The notes under the pieces are model-generated. The model made no database searches and was not told the DNA's origin. It worked only from the letters and a program-made list of their open reading frames with translations. A stretch of DNA of 21,811 nucleotides, taken from a virus (Duplodnaviria > Heunggongvirae > Uroviricota > Caudoviricetes). This document shows, in pieces, positions 15,901 to 20,700 of this stretch. Within the stretch, counting starts at the first letter, position 1. Every line of letters starts with the position of its first letter. The stretch is from positions 1 through 21,811 of IMG/VR virus record IMGVR_UViG_3300000571_000003; one strand, written 5' to 3'. A program made the position numbers and the translations under genes.

Positions 15901-18467
15901 ATCTTGTTGCGTTTACATTTCGTGCTCCAGCATTCTCTTCACTTACATTACCAACGATGAATAATCCATCGCCAGCTGCACCTGCTGCAGCAGCTGTTGC
16001 TCCATATGAGCGAGTAGCTGTAATAGATGTTGTACTTGCAATAGTCAGAACAACAAGATTTTCTCCTGTACGAGCATTCTTAATTACATCTCCAACTGTG
16101 AAGATATAAGCTGAACTTGAACCGGCACCAGTTACACTAATTGTATCAGTGCCTGCGGTATAAGTTGCACTTACGCGAGCATATCTACCACCATAGAAGT
16201 CTTCGAACCACTTAAATTCCGGATTTCCTGTAGCTCGTTTGAGCATTGAGGAACCCTTCCATCCTTTTCCATCGTATGTTTTACCTACGTTTGTAAGTAA
16301 TGTAACTAATGGATGCTTATTCTTGTGTTAACTGCATGTCGCCATGCAGATCAGACTATATCTTCACCCTTTTAAAAGGGGACTAGCGTGCAGTCGTTGA
16401 GGCTACCAAACATCTTCTTACCTTTCTATCTAACATAAAGAAGAGTCCTGCATTAAAGAAACTTATTGGTTTTACATTAAATCTACAGAATATTTTTCCA
16501 TTTTTTGTTATAAATTCTTCCATTTTTAATGGTATAACATTTAATGATATCAACATATTTCTAAATTCAATTATCCATGTAGATTTTATTCCTCCAATAC
16601 CAATTCTATACTGAAATAATCCTGGATATTTTTTTCTTTCAGTCTTACTTATCCATCCATCTCCATCCATTACACCAGCAATAAACCATTTTTTTATGTT
16701 TAATTCAGAATTTAATATCTGTATAGGAATCTTAAATTTATCTTCTGTTATTTTTTTAAAAAATTTTGCATATTCACCTATACCAAGTTTTATTACATAC
16801 CTATCACTCTTATTCCAACCTTTTCTTTCACATCTTTTTCTTAAATATGCTTTTGTAGTTGGTATAAATATTTTCCAATATTCTAATACTCTTTCAGCAA
16901 AATCCTTATCAATAACTTGAAGATTGAAATTACATTCTGTAATTGATGCATCTGTTAAATAAACACCAATTAAATAAGCAAGTTCTTTATGCTCTATTTG
17001 GTCTTGCCTGCTGATTGTCTCTAAAACAATATTTTTACACTTAGGTAATTGATCTTTCATATATACTTATTATAGCACATTCTTAACTACTTGTCAAGTA
17101 TATATACGAGAGTTTCCAGCATATAGCTAGTTTTCCTTATAATCTTAATGCTCTCCCATTATTACTAATAGGCGACCCAATAAGTCTAGGTTCAAGCAAG
17201 AAGATCTTATCTGTAGCATCGACGATTAATCGTCCCTCTGCATCAGATGTGGTAGTTGTTCGCCCTGCATTTGCTGCTGTTAATGTAATTGCCGCTCCCT
17301 GGTCATGGGTCGGCTCGGTGTAGTGATTGATATTTTCTAAGGAATAATTATTTCCTACCTACGCTCTCACGTAGGATTAGACTGGCTCATCATTGTTTTT
17401 TGAACAATGTTTCACGTACAGTCGTTGAGGTTGACACTGTTTTGGTTTTGTGTTATAATAGATATATAAAAATTAATATCTATTTTATGAACAAAACATG
17501 TAAATTCTGCAATAAATATTTTATAGCAGAGGGTAAAAATTCATGGAAAAAATTATTTTGTAATGTGATCTGCCAACAAGAATTTTGGTCTATTCAAAGA
17601 AACAAAACAGGTATAAAGAATAAACCATCTAGAGATCTTGCCAATCGATATAAGAGTAACATTCTTACTGACAAGCAAATACAAATATGCTTAGGAGGAA
17701 TGATGGGTGATTCATCTATTAATATTAGACCAAACGGAAGGTGTAGATTATTAATGAATCATTGTGAAGCTCAAAACAAATATTTAGATTGGAAGAAAGA
17801 TATATTATATCCTTTTATCATCCAAGCTAAGGCAAATATTTGTCTTAATAAAGATAGGGTAATCAATGGAGTAGAGATAAACTCTACGCCTTCCTACCAT
17901 TACGCAAGTATCCAACATCAATATTTTACAGATCTTTTTGGACTATTTTACACAACATACCTAGGAGAAAAAAGAAAGAGAGTAAATATGAACATATTAA
18001 ATATGTTACAGCCACTAGCTATTCTTATTTGGTTCCTAGATGATGGTTGCTACTATTCTCAACCAAAGCATTCATCACACACCATGTATCTATCGACATA
18101 TCGCTATACATTAGGAGAACATCAAACCATGAAAAAATGGTTCTGGCATAAATGGAGAATAGAAATGACTATTACTCCAACAAATCAGAATACTAAATTC
18201 ATATTACGTATGAATAAAGAAAATATGATTAAGTTTAATAACTTATTCTTATTCCAATTTAAGGATGATGTACCGGAATGTATGCATTACAAATTCCCGA
18301 ATTTTTAACAGTGCCTTACCTGCGGATTGTGATTATCCATGAAATTATTAGGGTTCGCTGCAAGATTACTCCATACAGTATCCTATCCATGGCCTAACAT
18401 CGGTTCCCCGCATATAGTGAAATTTTACATCCGCGCTACATTACGTTCACGGATAAACATTAGGCAT
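12445..18467 (-). CDS. Major capsid protein, 420 aa after splicing: join(18467-18449,17324-17188,16321-15878,14690-14622,13967-13923,12993-12445)
   Basis: Exons total 1263 nt and join in frame: MPNVYP-Y-YTEPTHDQG...KIFLLEP|NKHPLVTLL...NPEFKWFED...QTNYT|QIFKTTIALS...GGKD|LPYQRAKKGTEHALD|IERAFWF...SEVGLQ...HALLKGVTS. Position after portal/scaffold and these motifs resemble DUF5309/SU10-type MCPs (from recall, not searched). Confidence 0.85.
12994..13922 (-). mobile_element. Group I intron 5 of MCP (929 nt)
   Basis: P1 UGGAU/GUCCA with U.G; P4 UGCGG/CCGCA; P7 GACUA/UAGUC; P9 CUCUAUG-GCGA-CAUAGAG; ends AAAAUUG. Confidence 0.9.
13062..13796 (-). CDS. Intron-encoded two-motif LAGLIDADG endonuclease
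   Basis: LAYILGVFLGDGSI and LISGLLDSEGYV; the likely start is ATG 13796, since the track start lies in P4. Confidence 0.88.
   Translation of the reverse strand: MNKNLAYILGVFLGDGSICSDKRTFMLQAIDHDFVKKTVSNLEKLSENNVSIGEENRLTKANKKVFSTRLSDVKFCNILQEITHNRKNLPIDFSEWDKVLQRELISGLLDSEGYVSKTREHIYNGHKVCDLKIGIGACDLWVYELHSFCQNNGIRVGVITREILKSGKIFAKFTFNKKSFIENGLYFNIGRKQNRLEEYKVLFPGSTTKRGISITDETKQKMSIFANSRDRVGGKFIKMDNDIV
13923..13967 (-). CDS. MCP exon 5 (45 nt, LPYQRAKKGTEHALD)
   Basis: Bounded by the intron 4 terminal G and the intron 5 P1 U.G pair; preserves frame. Confidence 0.85.
13968..14621 (-). mobile_element. Group I intron 4 of MCP (654 nt)
   Basis: P1 AAGGAU/GUCCUU; P3 UUUAGC/GCUAAA; P7 GACUA/UAGUC; P8 CUCCC/GGGAG; P9-P9.2 hairpins; ends AAUAAUG. 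Confidence 0.9.
14089..14541 (-). CDS. Intron-encoded single-motif LAGLIDADG endonuclease (150 aa)
   Basis: WIAGFFDGEGYIG motif. Confidence 0.88.
   Translation of the reverse strand: MDRDNHAGKLSTIGWIAGFFDGEGYIGLWKRTDKRQPHYKDTYRPSVVIANTDKKTIDYLSEQLKSFNVTHYIKYRPSKKGWRESWVVEVNGFERIKKFIDLISEYTVTKKEQVALVKEFLNRRSAVYKNVPYIERDHEIYEQLKLLKRA
14622..14690 (-). CDS. MCP exon 4 (69 nt, QIFKTTIALSNTEKEANLYGGKD)
   Basis: In-frame 23 codons; the 5' boundary could be 14687 instead (see findings). Confidence 0.8.
14699..14727 (+). promoter_or_regulatory. Putative sigma70-type promoter for the antisense endonuclease of intron 3
   Basis: TTGACA (14699-14704)-17 nt-TAAGAT (14722-14727) with extended TG at 14719-14720. 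Confidence 0.55.
14826..15734 (+). CDS. Zn-finger plus LAGLIDADG_2-type endonuclease, antisense to intron 3
   Basis: Two CxxC...CSxxC modules; IIYGSILGDGFL and LIWFLDDG motifs. Confidence 0.88.
   Translation: MNINKTCKLCSQPFETNFNNKIFCSNKCKDECCKFFPRRVSDEKKCIICDNIFTPKRESTNLCSRKCIDISYNNKRPRKTDKRYHETLAIKKKSLNKEQLEIIYGSILGDGFLSLQTDGFHRLSLCHSEKQLDYLKFKMSKLSIIFRQKEPNRFVNPEHLYKDYIMKEKVQYHAHSISHPSLTNLYGMCYRNKRQMIDRRFLNLMSETSLLIWFLDDGCLDKRNRNSILCTNSFSISEVSAIKKWLWQRFKLTAKIRTSSGYPIISFSVEETRNLVDILRQSPIFNELPDCMLYKLTIRPYN
15878..16321 (-). CDS. MCP exon 3 (444 nt, NKHPLVTLL...QTNYT)
   Basis: Contains track ORF 15854..16246; extends upstream in frame to the intron 2 terminal G at 16322. Confidence 0.88.
16383..17060 (-). 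CDS. Intron-encoded two-motif LAGLIDADG endonuclease (225 aa)
   Basis: LAYLIGVYLTDASI and FIAGVMDGDGWIS motifs. Confidence 0.88.
   Translation of the reverse strand: MKDQLPKCKNIVLETISRQDQIEHKELAYLIGVYLTDASITECNFNLQVIDKDFAERVLEYWKIFIPTTKAYLRKRCERKGWNKSDRYVIKLGIGEYAKFFKKITEDKFKIPIQILNSELNIKKWFIAGVMDGDGWISKTERKKYPGLFQYRIGIGGIKSTWIIEFRNMLISLNVIPLKMEEFITKNGKIFCRFNVKPISFFNAGLFFMLDRKVRRCLVASTTAR
17069..17097 (-). promoter_or_regulatory. Consensus sigma70 promoter inside intron 2 (L5)
   Basis: TTGACA-17 nt-TATAAT with extended TG; the ATG follows 8 nt after the -10 box. Confidence 0.8.
17188..17324 (-). CDS. MCP exon 2 (137 nt, ..YTEPTHDQG...KIFLLEP)
   Basis: Open frame with no in-frame ATG after the upstream in-frame stop, so it needs splicing to exon 1; the 5' boundary is inferred from P10. 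Confidence 0.75.
17431..17459 (+). promoter_or_regulatory. Consensus sigma70 promoter for the antisense endonuclease of intron 1
   Basis: TTGACA (17431-17436)-17 nt-TATAAT (17454-17459) with extended TG. Confidence 0.82.
17487..18308 (+). CDS. Zn-finger plus LAGLIDADG_2-type endonuclease, antisense to intron 1 (273 aa)
   Basis: MNKTCKFC...CNVIC; CLGGMMGDSSI and LIWFLDDG motifs. ATG 17487 lies downstream of the promoter, whereas the track start at 17400 lies upstream of it. Confidence 0.88.
   Translation: MNKTCKFCNKYFIAEGKNSWKKLFCNVICQQEFWSIQRNKTGIKNKPSRDLANRYKSNILTDKQIQICLGGMMGDSSINIRPNGRCRLLMNHCEAQNKYLDWKKDILYPFIIQAKANICLNKDRVINGVEINSTPSYHYASIQHQYFTDLFGLFYTTYLGEKRKRVNMNILNMLQPLAILIWFLDDGCYYSQPKHSSHTMYLSTYRYTLGEHQTMKKWFWHKWRIEMTITPTNQNTKFILRMNKENMIKFNNLFLFQFKDDVPECMHYKFPNF
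18449..18467 (-). CDS. MCP exon 1 (19 nt, ATG CCT AAT GTT TAT CCG T)
   Basis: First ATG after the scaffold stop; ends at the U of the P1 U.G pair. Confidence 0.7.
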
Positions 18468-18523
18468 ATAACAACTGTTATTATTTATTTACTTAAATTG
18501 TCAATGAACACCTTACCCTATTG

Positions 18524-19279
18524 TCAGAAAATATTTGGATTGGTTCTACCAGCTATAAGCCGATCAACAACCTCTCCAGTATTAGGCACATAATAACTTC
18601 CAGACTGGCCACCACCTGGAGCCTGTCCTTTTTGATATTCAGCTGCATCTCTTTCTGCACGCTTCTTAGACTCAACTTCTGAAACCTCACCTTTAACCGC
18701 ATAATATGCGATCTTGATATCAGTCACATCATGTTCGTCTATCCAAGTATTTATCCTATCAGCATAATCTGCGAAATCAGGAGTATTTGCTATGAATTCA
18801 TTAACGCCAACCTCAAAATTCCTCATTTCCTCTGATTCTTTTAAATCTTTTCCAAGTTCACGTTTCACTTCGCCTACCTTTTCTTCAATAAGCTTCGTGA
18901 GTTCTTCAGCGCTTGCGGAAGAATAGGCCTTTTTGCCTAATTCTTTCTGTACGTTTTCATGGGCTTGAGTGACCACCTTTGCATCGCCTATGGTAACTTT
19001 GTCCTCTAATACGGCTTTCGCCAAATCAGTGTCAATTTTACCATCAACGATTGCCTGAACAAGTTCAGGACTTTTGTCTAATTTTTCAAGGAGTGGTGAA
19101 ATTCCCTCAAAGAAACTTCGAAATTCCCCTAATTCATTTCCCATTCCTCCCATTTTAGACTCTAACTCTTCATATAACGCTTTATAATCAGTTCCATCTC
19201 CAGATGGCTGCCCAGCTGAGGCTGGACCATTGTCAGGGCTACCCGGCATCCCACCGGACCCAAGGTTTGGATCAGTCAT
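18524..19279 (-). CDS. Capsid scaffolding protein (251 aa)
   Basis: Acidic, helical/coiled-coil, P/G-rich N-terminus; immediately upstream of the MCP. Confidence 0.75.
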   Translation of the reverse strand: MTDPNLGSGGMPGSPDNGPASAGQPSGDGTDYKALYEELESKMGGMGNELGEFRSFFEGISPLLEKLDKSPELVQAIVDGKIDTDLAKAVLEDKVTIGDAKVVTQAHENVQKELGKKAYSSASAEELTKLIEEKVGEVKRELGKDLKESEEMRNFEVGVNEFIANTPDFADYADRINTWIDEHDVTDIKIAYYAVKGEVSEVESKKRAERDAAEYQKGQAPGGGQSGSYYVPNTGEVVDRLIAGRTNPNIF

Positions 19280-19319
19280 ATTTTTCTATCTTCATAATTA
19301 ATTAATAATGAACACTTTT

Positions 19320-19478
19320 CTAGCTCTTTTTAAACTTTTTTCCGGAAAGTTTCTTTGCAATAGCCGCAAGATCTACCTTACCACCACCCATATTACTCAT
19401 TTCACCGCTCATATGCCTTTTCATTGCATCACCGACAATATCACACTTCATTGACTTCATTTTTCCTTTATCCATCAT
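19320..19478 (-). CDS. Small K/M/G-rich protein (52 aa, MMDKGKMKSMKC...KKFKKS); not in track
   Basis: Manual translation; packs tightly between neighbouring genes. Confidence 0.6.
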   Translation of the reverse strand: MMDKGKMKSMKCDIVGDAMKRHMSGEMSNMGGGKVDLAAIAKKLSGKKFKKS

Positions 19479-19482
19479 ATGT

Positions 19483-19689
19483 TTATGATATTTTCTTTAA
19501 TTTCTTAAGCTTTTTCTTTAAAACACTTTTCTTCTTTGCCTTCAATGATCCTGCACCGACCTTTAGACGACCACTGTCAGCTGAAGATAATGTAGAAAGC
19601 ACACCTGTCATTTGTGGCAGTGAAGACATTCCCATAGGTGCTGCACTTGGTGGCATGCCTAAAGGCATATGACTATTTTTCATCATCAT
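19483..19689 (-). CDS. Small M/P/S-rich protein with poly-Lys tail (68 aa)
   Basis: ORF track; tight operon packing. Confidence 0.6.
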   Translation of the reverse strand: MMMKNSHMPLGMPPSAAPMGMSSLPQMTGVLSTLSSADSGRLKVGAGSLKAKKKSVLKKKLKKLKKIS

Positions 19690-19690
19690 A

Positions 19691-19867
19691 CTATTTTTTA
19701 TTAATATTCTTTAATTTTTTAAACTTACCACTCTGTTTTCCTAAACCACTCTTCTTTTTCATATAATTTCCAAAATAGTCTTCTCCTTCACTTTTCTCTT
19801 CTTGAGCGTATCCCTTCTTTAGTTTCTTATTGAGAAGTTTCTTTTTCTTCTCCTGCAATGTTGCCAT
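19691..19867 (-). CDS. Small highly basic protein (58 aa, MATLQEKKKKLLNKKLKKG...); not in track
   Basis: Manual translation; the stop is 1 nt before the next start. Confidence 0.65.
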   Translation of the reverse strand: MATLQEKKKKLLNKKLKKGYAQEEKSEGEDYFGNYMKKKSGLGKQSGKFKKLKNINKK

Positions 19868-19890
19868 ATATTAATAAATTAATATATTAA

Positions 19891-20067
19891 TTATTTAAAT
19901 TTACTTAATGTCTTAGCCAAAATAGCACGCTTACGTAAAAGAGGATTAGAAGACTTAGCAGCTGAACTTATTTTTGAAGCTGATATCTTCTCTCCTTTAG
20001 GTACATTTAATTGTTCATGGAGTGCACCTTTTTTCATATGCATTCCCTGTATCCAATTCCCTGGCAT
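19891..20067 (-). CDS. Small basic phage protein (58 aa, MPGNWIQGMHMKKGALHEQLNVPKGEKI...); not in track
   Basis: Manual translation; the WIQ...KGALH..L.VP.G.KI...RA.LA.TL pattern resembles small phage proteins I recall near head genes. Confidence 0.7.
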   Translation of the reverse strand: MPGNWIQGMHMKKGALHEQLNVPKGEKISASKISSAAKSSNPLLRKRAILAKTLSKFK

Positions 20068-20093
20068 AGTATTTAAAATTACTTATTAGTTTA

Positions 20094-20102
20094 ATTATAC
20101 CA
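20094..20102 (-). promoter_or_regulatory. Possible extended -10 promoter upstream of the basic-ORF/scaffold/MCP block
   Basis: TGGTATAAT in the intergenic gap; no -35 at 17-nt spacing. Confidence 0.4.
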
Positions 20103-20108
20103 CAAAAA

Positions 20109-20426
20109 TTATTTCTTCCTATCAACCTTATTTACATTATCCTTTAATACCAATATCCCCTCTGGCAAATCAAGTATACCACTTATAACACCCTGATATC
20201 TTGCCATTGCTGTCTGATCTTTAAATGGATCTAATGTAAACAATCCATTCTGTGCCATCATCTTACGGCTATATAGATACTTCATAATAGCTATCCAGTG
20301 TCTTGTTGATGTTATACCAATAAGCAATGACTTCATCTCATCATTTTCCATTTCATTACATTGGTCAATAAGCTCCTTTGGAAAATAATCTTCAACAGTA
20401 CGTTGTCTTGAGTTCTCCGTATTCAT
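20109..20426 (-). CDS. Hypothetical helical protein downstream of the portal (105 aa)
   Basis: ORF track; ARYQGVISGILDLP amphipathic helix. Confidence 0.75.
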   Translation of the reverse strand: MNTENSRQRTVEDYFPKELIDQCNEMENDEMKSLLIGITSTRHWIAIMKYLYSRKMMAQNGLFTLDPFKDQTAMARYQGVISGILDLPEGILVLKDNVNKVDRKK

Positions 20427-20453
20427 AATTATAATATATTATTTAATAAATGT

Positions 20454-20684
20454 TTATTGATTTTCTGCCATAATGTTCTGATTCTCGCCTGCTTCTGCCC
20501 TTCTTTTTGCTTCATCTTTAAGTTTTTTACCAAGGTCAGGTTGAAGGTTTGCCTTTCCATAAAACTTTTTTGGATAATTTTTTATCCCACTTATTATATC
20601 CTTCATTAAATCTATTTTCTTATCTTTTTTTACACCTTTCATTTCACTTAGATTTTTATATCCCCATCCTATAGGATTTGCCAT
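20454..20684 (-). CDS. Small Lys-rich hypothetical protein (76 aa)
   Basis: ORF track. Confidence 0.65.
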   Translation of the reverse strand: MANPIGWGYKNLSEMKGVKKDKKIDLMKDIISGIKNYPKKFYGKANLQPDLGKKLKDEAKRRAEAGENQNIMAENQ

Positions 20685-20700
20685 ATAAAATAATTAATAC

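Larger units (their letters stand above)
16322..17187 (-). mobile_element. Group I intron 2 of MCP (866 nt)
   Basis: P1 ACCU/GGGU; P10 AAUAAG/CUUAUU (6 bp perfect); P3 ACUAG/CUAGU; P4 UGCUG/CAGCA; P7 GACUG/UAGUC; P9 CUGCAUG-GCGA-CAUGCAG; ends ACACAAG. Confidence 0.92.
17325..18448 (-). mobile_element. Group I intron 1 of MCP (1124 nt) with antisense endonuclease in L6
   Basis: P1 AUCCGU/GCGGAU; P3 UUUCAC/GUGAAA; P4 UGCGG/CCGCA; P6a GGCACUGU/ACAGUGUC; P7 GACUG/CAGUC; P8 CAUUGUU/AACAAUG; P9 CCUACG/CGUAGG. The exact 3' end is uncertain. Confidence 0.85.

Noticed and set aside
12445-16246. Track ORFs 12445..12996 and 15854..16246 as independent genes
   Set aside because: They are MCP exons 6 and 3; their track boundaries run into intron sequence.
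17340-17365. AGGTAGGA as a Shine-Dalgarno for an unspliced MCP start in exon 2
   Set aside because: No ATG/GTG/TTG lies in frame between the upstream stop and exon 2, and the motif is part of P9/P9.1.
12994-18448. Group II introns or a pseudogenised/frameshifted MCP
   Set aside because: No RT/maturase or domain V motif; each insert has group I P3/P4/P7 signatures, and removal restores one frame.
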